A stretch of DNA of 58,760 nucleotides from a virus (lineage: Duplodnaviria > Caudoviricetes): positions 1 to 58,760 of IMG/VR virus record IMGVR_UViG_3300037502_000670; one strand, given 5' to 3'. A program made the position numbers and the translations under genes. Numbering within the stretch: the first letter of the stretch is position 1; each line of letters begins with the position of its first letter. The notes beneath the pieces are model-generated. The model saw only the letters and a program-made list of their open reading frames with translations. It had not been told where the DNA came from and did no database searches. This document shows positions 44,125 through 54,462 of the stretch, piece by piece.

Positions 44125-45126
44125 ATGGCCCTACCCGAGCAGATCAGAAAGCAGACCGAGGCTATCAGTAAGTTGTACGCCGAGATGCACGCCGACGAAC
44201 AGCCGCCTGCCGACCAGCAGGAAGGCGCGGGCGCGCCTGACGCCACGACTGAAGAAGCCAACGGTGCCAATAAGACTGCACCTGAAGCCGCGTCTAACGA
44301 GCAAGGACGACCGGCTACCACCGCAGACGACACTGCTGAACAGCGTTATCGCACCCTTCAGGGTATGTATAATGCCGACACTGCCCGGCTTCGGGCGGAT
44401 AAGCAGGAACTCACCGCACGGGTTGAACAGCTTGAAAAGCTGCTTTCGTCCCTTTCGACACAATCTGCACAGGCAGCGCCTGTCCAGTCTAAGCTAATCA
44501 CCGACAAAGATATTGAGGAGTATGGAGACTCTATTGAGGTCATGCGCCGCGTGACCAAGGAAGAGACATCATACTACCAGCAGAAGATCAACGAACTGGA
44601 GAATACGATCCGTAATCTCCAGACGAGCGTTGTTCCTCGTGTCGAGCAGGTCGCGCAGCGACAGGCTCAGTCGGTCGAGCAGGCATTCTGGGCTGATCTG
44701 TCAGCGGTTGTTCCGGATTGGCGCGAAATCAACCAGAGCAAGGACTTTCACTCTTGGCTCCTTGAGGTCGATCCGCTGACGGGTGTTACCCGCCAGTCTC
44801 ACCTTGAGAACGCCCAGCGTAGTCTGGATGCTCGTCGTGTTGCTGCGTTCTTTTCTGCATGGCAGGGGAATACGGGCCACCGCATTGCTCAAGAACCTCG
44901 GGACGTTGCAAAGTCTCAGCTAGAGAAACAAGTCGCCCCCGGACGTAGCCGCAATGCTGCTGCACCCGTTGGTGATAAGCCCAAAACGTATTCGCCTTCG
45001 GAGATTTCAAAGTTCTTCGATGACGTACGCAAGGGTGTTTACAAAGGCCGTGAGACCGAGCGCGACCGTATTGAACGCGATATCTTCGCCGCACAGCGCG
45101 AAAATCGCATTGTCGCTAATGGTTAA
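44125..45126 (+). CDS. Scaffolding protein
   Basis: Acidic disordered N-terminus, YRTLQGMY, coiled coils and PDW; directly upstream of the capsid gene. Confidence 0.78.
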   Translation: MALPEQIRKQTEAISKLYAEMHADEQPPADQQEGAGAPDATTEEANGANKTAPEAASNEQGRPATTADDTAEQRYRTLQGMYNADTARLRADKQELTARVEQLEKLLSSLSTQSAQAAPVQSKLITDKDIEEYGDSIEVMRRVTKEETSYYQQKINELENTIRNLQTSVVPRVEQVAQRQAQSVEQAFWADLSAVVPDWREINQSKDFHSWLLEVDPLTGVTRQSHLENAQRSLDARRVAAFFSAWQGNTGHRIAQEPRDVAKSQLEKQVAPGRSRNAAAPVGDKPKTYSPSEISKFFDDVRKGVYKGRETERDRIERDIFAAQRENRIVANG

Positions 45127-45139
45127 ACGGAGCACATAA

Positions 45140-46063
45140 ATGGCGTTTCCTGTCGCACCCGGACGCCCGAATTATTCCGGCAACTTCATTCCGGAAATCT
45201 GGTCGGGCAAGCTCATCGAGAACTTCTACGATGCCACTGTTCTCGCGGCTATTTCTAACACGGACTACGAAGGCGAAATCAAGGGTCAGGGCGATACGGT
45301 CAACATCCGTACGCAGCCCAACATCACGATCCGCGATTACGTCAAGGGTCAGAACCTTGTCGTGGAGAACCCCGACAAGCCGAAGCTGCAGCTTCTCATC
45401 GACAAGGGCGAGTACTTCGCTTGCGTCGAAGACGACATTGATAAGGTGCAGTCGGACATCAACCTCATGGACATGTGGTCCAAGGATGCGTCCGAGCAGA
45501 TGAAGATCAAGATCGACCAGCGCGTTCTGACTGACATCCTGCCCGACATCTCTGCCCAGAACAAGGGTGCGACCGCCGGTCGTATCTCTGCCGCGTTCAA
45601 CCTCGGCACCTCCGTGTCTCCTCTCACTGTCACCAAGGATGGTGCTGGTGCGACGACCCCGGTGACCGATCTGATCGTTGACATCGGCACTGTGCTCGAT
45701 GAGAGCAACTGCCCTGAGAGCGGTCGCTTCCTCGTGATCCCGGCTCGTATGGCCGGTCTCATCAAGAAGTCCGAACTCAAGGACGCTTCGCTGGCTGGTG
45801 ACAACCAGTCCATCATGCGTAATGGCCGTCTCGGCATGATCGACCGTTTCACGGTCTATGTCAGCCATAACCTCAACGTGTCTTCCGGCAAGTTCAGCAT
45901 CATCGCTGGCACCAAGATGGGCCTCACCTTCGCATCGCAGATGACGGAGATGGAGAGCATCCGTGCGGAAAGCACCTTCGGTGACATCATTCGCGGTCTT
46001 CAGGTTTACGGCTATAAGGTCGTCAAGCCGGAAGCTCTTGCGATGGCTGTCGTGCAGTTCTAA
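45140..46063 (+). CDS. Major capsid protein
   Basis: FIPEIWSGKL, YEGEIKGQGDTVNI and RGLQVYGYKVVKPEAL motifs; strong codon bias. Confidence 0.9.
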   Translation: MAFPVAPGRPNYSGNFIPEIWSGKLIENFYDATVLAAISNTDYEGEIKGQGDTVNIRTQPNITIRDYVKGQNLVVENPDKPKLQLLIDKGEYFACVEDDIDKVQSDINLMDMWSKDASEQMKIKIDQRVLTDILPDISAQNKGATAGRISAAFNLGTSVSPLTVTKDGAGATTPVTDLIVDIGTVLDESNCPESGRFLVIPARMAGLIKKSELKDASLAGDNQSIMRNGRLGMIDRFTVYVSHNLNVSSGKFSIIAGTKMGLTFASQMTEMESIRAESTFGDIIRGLQVYGYKVVKPEALAMAVVQF

Positions 46064-46076
46064 GGAGACCTGATCA

Positions 46077-46547
46077 ATGGTTGCATATACTGACAGCCTC
46101 GGCATTAATAAGGGTTCTGTCGCCCTTGCCTCCTCGTACACCAACCACTTCAATGTGATGGAGTACACCATCGACTTCGCAAGGATTGCTGCCGCTCGTA
46201 CGGCTGCTGGCGCTACCGCGCTGGCTGCTACCGATACGCTCGTGCTGGCCACTCTTCCGAAGGGCACCCACATCGTCGGCGGCATGGTTAAGCTGCTGAA
46301 GGCGGAAGGTGCCGCTGCCACCATCGACCTCGGTATCACGGGCTCGCTCACGCTGTTCGCCAATGACTTTGACTGCAACACCACGGTGGGCACCATTGTC
46401 GCTGGTACGACGGCTGCGGCTCTGACCGCTGATACTGCAGTGGTTATGACTGTCAACTCGAACAGCATGGACGTGGCCAAGGTGCTTCTGTCCATCATCG
46501 TGATTGATGTCATGGCCAACCCCGGTTCGATCCCCAACGTAACGTAA
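46077..46547 (+). CDS. Putative capsid decoration/cement protein
   Basis: Beta-rich protein directly after the capsid gene; TAAGGAG RBS. Confidence 0.6.
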   Translation: MVAYTDSLGINKGSVALASSYTNHFNVMEYTIDFARIAAARTAAGATALAATDTLVLATLPKGTHIVGGMVKLLKAEGAAATIDLGITGSLTLFANDFDCNTTVGTIVAGTTAAALTADTAVVMTVNSNSMDVAKVLLSIIVIDVMANPGSIPNVT

Positions 46548-46548
46548 T

Positions 46549-46574
46549 GGCGGGGGCGTAAGCCCCCTCCTTTC
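46549..46574 (+). terminator. Putative terminator
   Basis: GGGGGC-GTAA-GCCCCC followed by TCCTTTC. Confidence 0.55.
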
Positions 46575-46588
46575 ATAGGAGAGAACTC

Positions 46589-47155
46589 ATGGGTGTTTAC
46601 ACCGGTATTGCACAAGACAACCCTACTCTTAATGGGGGTACGGCTTACAGCCTGAACCTCGTTACGCCGTCCATCGGTGGTGTTGCTCTTGCTGCCACGG
46701 CTGCTGAAATCAATGCTGCTGCCGATACGTCGGCTCGGCTTGTATCGGCTGCCGACGCCACTCTGGCTGTTACGGTTGCGGCGCACGATCAGAAGATCGT
46801 CGTTCTGAACCGTGCTGCTGGTGTTACGGTTACGCTTCCGGCTGCTACTGGAACTGGCGCAGTTTTCCGATTTACCACGGGTACGACTGTCACGTCGAAT
46901 AATAACATCATCAAGGTGGCCGATAACACCGACGTGATGTCTGGTTCGATTTATGTGACTGATCAGGCTGCTGGTACGGGTACTGAGTTTAGCACGGTTG
47001 CGGCTAGCGATACGATCACGATGAATGGCACCACTTCTGGCGGCATCGCTGGTGGTATCCTAACCCTGATCGACGTTGCGGCCAACCTGTATGCGGTGCA
47101 TGGTAACATCATCGGTACGGGTGTTGAAGTTACACCGTTCAGCGCGACTGTCTAA
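46589..47155 (+). CDS. Virion structural protein (head fibre/decoration-like)
   Basis: ATAAEIN and TVTLPAATGTG motifs. Confidence 0.6.
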   Translation: MGVYTGIAQDNPTLNGGTAYSLNLVTPSIGGVALAATAAEINAAADTSARLVSAADATLAVTVAAHDQKIVVLNRAAGVTVTLPAATGTGAVFRFTTGTTVTSNNNIIKVADNTDVMSGSIYVTDQAAGTGTEFSTVAASDTITMNGTTSGGIAGGILTLIDVAANLYAVHGNIIGTGVEVTPFSATV

Positions 47156-47157
47156 TA

Positions 47158-47185
47158 GTAGGGGGCCCCGGCCCCCTACCTTCTT
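47158..47185 (+). terminator. Putative terminator
   Basis: GTAGGGGGC-CCCG-GCCCCCTAC-CTTCTT. Confidence 0.55.
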
Positions 47186-47200
47186 ATTCAAGAGGGACAT

Positions 47201-48256
47201 ATGCCGACATCACTTACAGGCTCCAAGGTACGCGATACGTACGGGCAGCTTCTGCATCTTGATGGCGGTGTAGCCGCTAGCGAAAAGCCGGTCAGGACTG
47301 GCGACGGCGTTGCCACTGCGCTGAACGTCGGCAATGCGTCCGTCTCTGTTGGCAATGTCCGGCTTACCGGCAACTCCATTTCTCCTGTCGTGCCTGCCAG
47401 CGGGCTGGCTATTTCGTCTCCGACGATCACGGGTGGCAGCATTACCGGCATTACCGATCTTGCTGTTGCAGACGGTGGAACCGGTTCATCGACTGCCGTT
47501 GGTGCGCGGACCAATCTCGGCCTTTCCATCGGTACGGATGTTCAGGCGTTCGATGCTACGCTTCAATCCTTGTCGGCTCTCGGCACGGCTGCCGACCGTT
47601 ATGCTTATACGACTGGTGTCGATACGTGGGCTGAAGGAACGATTACCGCTGCTGGTCGCGCTATTCTCGATGACGCTGATGCTGCAGCGCAGCGTACGAC
47701 CCTTGGCCTCGGAACCATTGCCACGCAGGCAGCAAACAACGTAGCCATCACTGGCGGCACCATGTCATTTGGTGTTCTGTCTGGCCGCGCGTTTGGTATG
47801 TTCTCGGATGTCACGGATCAGACCGGCAATGTCAGCACGCCAACTGCTGTTAAGTTTGGTACTGACGAGATCACGGGCAACGGTATTTCTATCGTCACAG
47901 ACGGTACGAACCTGACCCGGATTACTTTTGCTGCCGCCGGTACATATATGGTTGCGCCAAACTTGCAACTTTATAACTCTGATAACTCTGACCACGATGT
48001 TACTATTTGGCTTCGTAAGAACGGAACCGACGTTGTGCGGTCTGCTACGCGGGTTACAGTGCCTAAATCTACCGATGGTGGTAGCACATTCTTCCAGATC
48101 GTGTTTTATGATACGGTCACTGCTGGCCAGTACATCGAGGTGATGTGGCTCCCTGAAAACGTAGCGGTTACGATTGACCACACGGCTGCCGCCGCTGGTC
48201 CGCCTGCAGTGCCTGCCATTCCGTCCGCCATCGTGGTGGCCGAGAGAATTGCATAA
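47201..48256 (+). CDS. Fibre protein with C1q/TNF-like C-terminal head
   Basis: DLAVADGGTG..ARTNLGL, QRTTLGLGTIATQ, AGTY..WLRKNG..GQYIEV. Confidence 0.65.
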   Translation: MPTSLTGSKVRDTYGQLLHLDGGVAASEKPVRTGDGVATALNVGNASVSVGNVRLTGNSISPVVPASGLAISSPTITGGSITGITDLAVADGGTGSSTAVGARTNLGLSIGTDVQAFDATLQSLSALGTAADRYAYTTGVDTWAEGTITAAGRAILDDADAAAQRTTLGLGTIATQAANNVAITGGTMSFGVLSGRAFGMFSDVTDQTGNVSTPTAVKFGTDEITGNGISIVTDGTNLTRITFAAAGTYMVAPNLQLYNSDNSDHDVTIWLRKNGTDVVRSATRVTVPKSTDGGSTFFQIVFYDTVTAGQYIEVMWLPENVAVTIDHTAAAAGPPAVPAIPSAIVVAERIA

Positions 48257-48279
48257 CAAGCCATTATAGGAGAGACATC

Positions 48280-48906
48280 ATGGCTAGTATTACTAATAAA
48301 ACTGGTAAGGGCGACCTCCAGATGAGCGAGCAGAAAAAGAACCGCTTGTCTGGTGGTTTTGACTACGGCACCATTAGATACAGCAAGCCGATTGGTCCTG
48401 TTAACCAGCCCAAAAAGACCGCAGAGATCGACATCCGTGGTTACCTCGGTGATGAGCGTACCGGTATTCGCAAGACTGGCGTTGGTATGCGCAAGTCAGT
48501 TGCTCAGCGCATGGAAGAGTATAGCCAGAAGCAGTTGGCTAAAATTAAGTCCAAGGCTCCTGCCGCTGCCAAGCCGAAGGCTCCCGCCCGTAAGCCTACC
48601 CAGATCAATGTTCCCGGTGGCGGTCTCCGCACCGCTAAGTCTTCTGGTGGCGTGATGTCTGCCTCGCAGGCTCGTTCCATGGCACCGGGCAACTACAGCA
48701 AGGGCAAGGTCTCGATGGGTGGCAAGACCTACACGGGCTTTACCGTGTCGTCGCGTACCGACAGCAAGGGCCGCACTACCAAAAGCGTCGGCAACTGGAC
48801 CTCTACGCCTAACGCCGGTCGTTCGTTTGGTAAGAACGATGTGGCTGGCCCGACTAAAAATGCCGCTGGTAAGAATGCTTCGTCCATGACGGGTAAGAAG
48901 AAATGA
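48280..48906 (+). CDS. Basic low-complexity protein
   Basis: K/G/S-rich; AGGAG RBS. Confidence 0.65.
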   Translation: MASITNKTGKGDLQMSEQKKNRLSGGFDYGTIRYSKPIGPVNQPKKTAEIDIRGYLGDERTGIRKTGVGMRKSVAQRMEEYSQKQLAKIKSKAPAAAKPKAPARKPTQINVPGGGLRTAKSSGGVMSASQARSMAPGNYSKGKVSMGGKTYTGFTVSSRTDSKGRTTKSVGNWTSTPNAGRSFGKNDVAGPTKNAAGKNASSMTGKKK

Positions 48907-49178
48907 AGATTTGGCTCCAGCACGTTGAGGACGGATCGCTATACGACTGGCATGAACTCCTCGCCAAACATCCAAAGCTCCGTGTAGTCTCGGACGAAGA
49001 ACTGTTCCCTGAGAAGTATGCCCCGCCGCAGATCATCGCCAAGATGGAAGAGATCAAGGCCAAGCATACGGAACAGCTTGGGCTTTTCACGGATATGATC
49101 CCTGAAGAGCCTGCCCCCGTGGCTAACGAAGAACTGAACACTGAAGTTACCGTCCGCACGAGGAAGCGTCACAAGTGA
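48903..49178 (+). CDS. Hypothetical protein
   Basis: Coupled 91-aa ORF. Confidence 0.65.
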   Translation: MKIWLQHVEDGSLYDWHELLAKHPKLRVVSDEELFPEKYAPPQIIAKMEEIKAKHTEQLGLFTDMIPEEPAPVANEELNTEVTVRTRKRHK

Positions 49179-49840
49179 CACCTTCTGATATCATAGTCGA
49201 GTGCCGTCGATTGCTGAATGACACGCTTGTACCGTATCGTTACAGCGATACGATGCTACTCGGCTATGTTAATCAGACGCTCAAGCGCACGGCAGTTCTT
49301 CGTCCTGACCTGTTTGGTGAAACTGGCGACATTACCGTAGTTGCCAACAATGCCCTGCAGTCTCTCCCTGCAGATGCACATCGCCTGATCGACATCTTTC
49401 AGGTCAAGAACGGTGATACGGTAACGGAAGTTGATCGGGAAACCATGTCGCGTAACCATCCTTCGTGGATGTCTGATGCCGCTGGTACTCCGGTCAACTT
49501 CATGCGCCATGTGCGTAATCCCACCAAGTTCTTTCTGTACCCAAGGCCGTCCGCAAACGTCACCCTTGTCGGTGAGTATGCCAAGACGCCTATCGACTAT
49601 ACGATCAACCAGACCATTGACCAGCCGCCGACAAGTTTCTTCGGAGCCTTGGTTGATGGGGTGCTGTTCCTCGCATCGTCGGTCGATGACGAGCATGTGA
49701 ACTCTGGCCGCGCCAAGTTGTTCCTCGATAGCTTTACCCAGCAGCTTGGTGTTTCCCTGCAGAACCGCGCGCTCAATGACAGCAAGATGGCTGGGCTCAC
49801 TGCAGCCCCGCCTGTCGCGCAGCTTGGTGAGGTGTACTGA
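49175..49840 (+). CDS. Putative head-tail adaptor protein
   Basis: LLND..YSD..LL.Y.N...RPD and FFLYPRP pattern; position before the nozzle gene. Confidence 0.65.
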   Translation: MTPSDIIVECRRLLNDTLVPYRYSDTMLLGYVNQTLKRTAVLRPDLFGETGDITVVANNALQSLPADAHRLIDIFQVKNGDTVTEVDRETMSRNHPSWMSDAAGTPVNFMRHVRNPTKFFLYPRPSANVTLVGEYAKTPIDYTINQTIDQPPTSFFGALVDGVLFLASSVDDEHVNSGRAKLFLDSFTQQLGVSLQNRALNDSKMAGLTAAPPVAQLGEVY

Positions 49841-50610
49841 TGTCTACCCGCCTGTTCACGTCTCTGCTGCCCAAGATCATGCCGTCCGTACCGGGCGCGC
49901 CGCAGCCGCTTATCCTGCAGTATATTCGTGACGTGGCTATCCGGGCCTGCGAGACTTCCCTTGCATGGCGTTACGTGCAGCCTACGTTCGATATCCAGCC
50001 GGGGTCATACATCAACTACTTCAACAAGCCGCAGGACACCGAAGTCCATGTCTTGTTCCGGGCTACGTGCAACGGCAATATCCTTCGTCGCGCCACGCTG
50101 GAAGACGCCATCGACATGTATCCGGAGTGGGCTGACCAGTTCAACGGGCTGAGTGCCGATGAGATTTGGGCCCTGACGCCGACGACGAGTATCAACGAAG
50201 ACGAATACAATGACGTGCAGTTCAACGGTACGAACACCGTAACCCTGCCGACCGAAGCCACTGAGAATGGCGGTGAACCCCGCGTCATTACCCAGATCAG
50301 CCCAGACCAATATGTTGTCCTGCCTATGCCGGGCACCGATAGTATTTATACGATCCGGATGTTTTATGCCCTGAAGCCGACCCGCACTGCTGCAGGCATG
50401 GACGACGTGGTGATGAACGAACTTGAGGATGTCATCGTCCATGGTGCGCTGCAGCAGCTTCTGGTAATGCCGAAGGTCGTGTGGAACGACAACACGCTGG
50501 CTTCCTACCATGCCCGACAGTATCTGGCCCGCATCAACGAACGCCGTGCCCGGTTCAATCTCAATAACAGCCGCAGCAGCATGACTGCACGCGGCCACGG
50601 GTTTGCATAA
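49840..50610 (+). CDS. Second adaptor/tail protein
   Basis: VPGAP..CE..AW, ALKPT and GAL..L..MP...W pattern. Confidence 0.6.
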   Translation: MSTRLFTSLLPKIMPSVPGAPQPLILQYIRDVAIRACETSLAWRYVQPTFDIQPGSYINYFNKPQDTEVHVLFRATCNGNILRRATLEDAIDMYPEWADQFNGLSADEIWALTPTTSINEDEYNDVQFNGTNTVTLPTEATENGGEPRVITQISPDQYVVLPMPGTDSIYTIRMFYALKPTRTAAGMDDVVMNELEDVIVHGALQQLLVMPKVVWNDNTLASYHARQYLARINERRARFNLNNSRSSMTARGHGFA

Positions 50611-50613
50611 CGA

Positions 50614-53265
50614 ATGGTCGCTATCAAGATCACCCGGTTCATCGGTACTGCTCCTCGCAACAGCCCGGAGCTTTTGGCCGATACGGCAGCGCAGATTGCC
50701 CGCAACGGGAAACTGTACTCGGGTGATCTCATTCCGTATCCGGAGCCTGTATCGGTAGCCAACAGCAATCGCACCGGCACGGTGCGAACCATTTATGGTC
50801 TGCGTGATAGCACTGCTGGTACCGGCTCACCGATCAAGTGGCTGTCGTTCAGTTCGTTTGTCTCCATCGCCACGCCGTCTACCGACGAGCTTGAAGAACG
50901 CCGGTTCTACTACACGGGCGATGGCAAGCCTAAGGTTAGCAACTACTCTCTGGCTACCAGCGGCAGCCCGTCCGGCCCCTACCCCGTGGATTATTACGAC
51001 CTCGGGCTTCCGCTTCCGACGACCAAGCCTACCATCACACTGGTTCCGTTCTCACCGGCTACGGTCGTCAGCTACGCGCGTGACAGCGCCAATACTGTAA
51101 CGCTCAAGACAGTCACGCCGCATGGCCTGAAGACCGGTGCTGTCGCTTCGATCAGCGGCTTTTCCAACCGCGATGGTACGTACACCCGGTCGGGCACGAC
51201 GATTACTGTCACGATCTCGAACCACGGCCTTACGACCGGTGCCAGTATCTTTCTGGAGTTTTCGTCCGGCAACGCTACGACTAACACCTATACGGTAAAT
51301 GTAACCGGCGTAAATACATTTACCTGTACCGACACGGCATCGGGCGCAACCAGTGGTGCGGTCAAGTGGGACATCCGCGACCTTAACACAATTGCGTCTG
51401 TTTCGGTTATCGACAGCACGACGATTTCGTACTTCTCGTTTGGTCCTGCGATTGCCACGACGACTGTTATTCGCGCTGGTACCTACACACAGGTCGCCAG
51501 TGCTACGGCTACCATCACACTGAGTTCGCATGGTCTGGCCTCCGGTGAGTTCGTCTATCTTGAGTTTACATCCGGCACGGCTACGTCCGGTACTTACAGC
51601 GTTACGGTCACTGGTACCAATACGTTTACGGTTATTCTGCCTGTTTCAGCCACTACGAGCGGCAGCGTGAATGTGTACCTTGTCATTGGCAAGGTTGATC
51701 TTGGTGATCAGGTTCAGGGCCGGTCATATCTTTATACGTGGTACACGCCATGGCGTGAGGAGAGCATCGGCTCAGAGCCGACCGATCCCGTGTACATGCG
51801 CGAAGGCCAGACGACCACGATTACCAATCTGCCAACGGCAGCACCCGCTGGTAAGAACAATGTCCGTGGTATCAGGCTCTATCGTACGCTGACCTCGACG
51901 GCTGGCAGCGGGTTCTTCCTGCTGAAGACCCTGTGGTTCCCTGCGGCGATGACGCAGATCAGCCGGACCAGCAACGTCGTTCGTGTAACTATGAGCGATT
52001 ACCATAACCTCATCGTGGGCGACCGGCTCAAGGTAGTGTGCAATACCATTCCGGCACTGAGCCTTACGGGTGCCATCGTAACGCGCATCGTCAGTGGCAA
52101 GGTCTTTGAGTACGCATTGGCTGGTGGCAACGTGGCCACGACAAGCGTGACCGGTACGGTCTATTACGATATTGCCGAGCGCAAGACCGATCCCGCTCGC
52201 TACTGGGGTGATGGCGGTGTCTACACATTTACTGATGACTACAGCTATCTGAGCCTGACGAGTGCGCTGACCTCCACGGAATACGAAGCCCCGCCTGAGG
52301 GAATGCAGGGTATTACTGCACTGCACAACGAGATGATGGCTGGCTTCGTCGGCAACGACCTGTATTTCTGTGAGCCGGGTCAGTACCATGCTTGGCCCAG
52401 CCAATATCGCATCTCGTTCGAGTACGACATCGTGGCGCTGTCCTCCATCGGCGGCATCCTGCTGGTGCTTACGAGAGGGTACCCCTACATCGTTGAGGGT
52501 AACTATCCGGCGACAATGGTCGCACAGAAACTTGCTGTCATGTACCCATGCGTCAGCGCGCCGTCTGTCGTCGCTACCGGTTTCGGTATCGTGTGGGCTA
52601 CGCACGATGGTCTCGCCGTTTACGGTGCTGGCGGCAGCCAGCTTCTGACCAAGGTCGTCCACTCCAGCGATACGTGGAATGCCGACGTTAACCCAGAAGA
52701 GATCGTCGGCGCGGTCTACAAGGAAAACTATATCGGCTCGACGGCAACGGCGGCACTTACCCTAGAGTCAATTGAGGCCGAAGGTGGTGCGGGCCTATCG
52801 TTCGTTGACCTTGATTTCCAGTACAGCGCCTCGTGGTACGACAACGAGACCAACTCTCTTTACACGGCTGTCGGCACGACCGGCGACATCTACCAGTGGG
52901 ATAACCCCAGCCCGCAGACCATGACGATGCGCTGGAAGTCCAAGGTGTTTACCACGGATGCGCCGATGAACCTTGGCGCTGCCCGCATTATTGCTGATTA
53001 TGACCCGTCCGGTGTCAGCCCGATCTGGGAAACTATCGACACGAACTGGGAAAACTATAACCAGCAGTGGGATGCCGGGCGGGCCATTACGTTCAATCTC
53101 TACATTAACAAGCAGCTTATCTTTACAACGACCCGCAACGACAGCAGCATCTTCCGCCTGCCTGTGGGTTACAAGAGCGATACGTTTGAGGTAGAAATTT
53201 ACAGTGCTGTACGCGTTCGCGCACTTCACATTGCAGAAACACCAACCGGATTGGCGACCGTATAA
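50614..53265 (+). CDS. Tail nozzle/tubular protein with inserted repeated beta domains
   Basis: 883 aa; LYFCEP..HAWP beta-propeller-like region, WKSK C-terminus and HGL..G repeats. Confidence 0.72.
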   Translation: MVAIKITRFIGTAPRNSPELLADTAAQIARNGKLYSGDLIPYPEPVSVANSNRTGTVRTIYGLRDSTAGTGSPIKWLSFSSFVSIATPSTDELEERRFYYTGDGKPKVSNYSLATSGSPSGPYPVDYYDLGLPLPTTKPTITLVPFSPATVVSYARDSANTVTLKTVTPHGLKTGAVASISGFSNRDGTYTRSGTTITVTISNHGLTTGASIFLEFSSGNATTNTYTVNVTGVNTFTCTDTASGATSGAVKWDIRDLNTIASVSVIDSTTISYFSFGPAIATTTVIRAGTYTQVASATATITLSSHGLASGEFVYLEFTSGTATSGTYSVTVTGTNTFTVILPVSATTSGSVNVYLVIGKVDLGDQVQGRSYLYTWYTPWREESIGSEPTDPVYMREGQTTTITNLPTAAPAGKNNVRGIRLYRTLTSTAGSGFFLLKTLWFPAAMTQISRTSNVVRVTMSDYHNLIVGDRLKVVCNTIPALSLTGAIVTRIVSGKVFEYALAGGNVATTSVTGTVYYDIAERKTDPARYWGDGGVYTFTDDYSYLSLTSALTSTEYEAPPEGMQGITALHNEMMAGFVGNDLYFCEPGQYHAWPSQYRISFEYDIVALSSIGGILLVLTRGYPYIVEGNYPATMVAQKLAVMYPCVSAPSVVATGFGIVWATHDGLAVYGAGGSQLLTKVVHSSDTWNADVNPEEIVGAVYKENYIGSTATAALTLESIEAEGGAGLSFVDLDFQYSASWYDNETNSLYTAVGTTGDIYQWDNPSPQTMTMRWKSKVFTTDAPMNLGAARIIADYDPSGVSPIWETIDTNWENYNQQWDAGRAITFNLYINKQLIFTTTRNDSSIFRLPVGYKSDTFEVEIYSAVRVRALHIAETPTGLATV

Positions 53266-53612
53266 TGGCTAGGTTTTCAGGTATTCCAGCAGTCCCTGCC
53301 GGTGATGTTGAACCGCAGGTTGCTCGTGTTCTTTACGCGCTGAAAGAAAATGTCGAGCTTCTGACAAACCAGCGGGGCGAGCCCGATGGTGCCAGCGTAG
53401 CACTTCTGTCTGGGTCGATTACCACGACACAGGCGGCGACCACGTTCTCCGGACTGACTGCCAGAGGGGTGGGCGCAACTGTCAGCGGAGTGGATGTTCC
53501 ACTCCTGTCCGACTACGTAAAGGCGTTGCAAGATATACAGACACTAGCGTATGATGTTGCTGTGTTGCGATCTACAGTTAATACCCTCATTGCTCAGTTG
53601 AGGACCCGCTGA
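53265..53612 (+). CDS. Small tail-associated protein
   Basis: ALKENVELLT..RG; coupled to the nozzle gene. Confidence 0.6.
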   Translation: MARFSGIPAVPAGDVEPQVARVLYALKENVELLTNQRGEPDGASVALLSGSITTTQAATTFSGLTARGVGATVSGVDVPLLSDYVKALQDIQTLAYDVAVLRSTVNTLIAQLRTR

Positions 53613-54448
53613 TGAATAGTTACGTACCTCCTGCGCTGACCGGCTTGCTCAACATGAGCACAATGATGACGCCGACGACCAACATGTCGGCTACCATGTC
53701 GTCTGACCAGCTTCCCTCATATCAGGCCGGTGGCATGATTGGCCCCGGTGGAGAGCCTGTTCGTCCGAATATCCCCGGCCTGCCCGGCCTTTCTGGTCCC
53801 TCGCAGGGCGGTCTTGGTCCGCAGCAGATGGAATTGGAGGCACGCCGCTTTGTCCAGCAGAACCCCCAGCAGGTCGCTGAAATCCGCACCGCCGTCGAAG
53901 AGGCGCTTGCGGAAGGGGACATTACAATGGATCAGGTCCAACTCCTTACCAATATGGCGAAAGTGGCTCTCCAAAACCCGGAGATGTATCCGGCCCTGAA
54001 GCAGTCAATTGTCTCCCGTGGTATCCTTGAGGACGACGAACTGCCGCCTGAGTTCGATCAGGGCACGATGTTCATCCTGCTACTTATCGGCCAGATCATG
54101 CAAGCCCCGGCGACTGCGCCGGGTGTAGCTACCGGGGGCGGGGCTGGTGCCGCCGCCCCGTCCGGCTCTGCTCCCGGTAGCGCCCAGCCCATGATGTCCA
54201 TGAAGAAAGGTGGTCCGATCCCCATGAAGGAGGAGATGGACGACGACATGGAGGAAGAAGATGATGACATGGAAGAAGGCGGCAGTATGGGGGGTAAGCA
54301 TCGTATGGGTCGTAAAATGGGCAACGATGGCGGCGTTGTGATTTTGGCCCACGAAGGTGAGTACGTAATCCCCGCTGATATTGTCCGTGCCAAGGGCACT
54401 GAGTTCTTCGACAAGCTCATTCAGAGCTACAAGAAGACTGAAAAGTAA
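53612..54448 (+). CDS. Putative internal virion protein
   Basis: YQAGGMI, MKKGGPI and HEGEYVIPADIV motifs. Confidence 0.65.
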   Translation: MNSYVPPALTGLLNMSTMMTPTTNMSATMSSDQLPSYQAGGMIGPGGEPVRPNIPGLPGLSGPSQGGLGPQQMELEARRFVQQNPQQVAEIRTAVEEALAEGDITMDQVQLLTNMAKVALQNPEMYPALKQSIVSRGILEDDELPPEFDQGTMFILLLIGQIMQAPATAPGVATGGGAGAAAPSGSAPGSAQPMMSMKKGGPIPMKEEMDDDMEEEDDDMEEGGSMGGKHRMGRKMGNDGGVVILAHEGEYVIPADIVRAKGTEFFDKLIQSYKKTEK

Positions 54449-54462
54449 GGTAGGATACCGCC

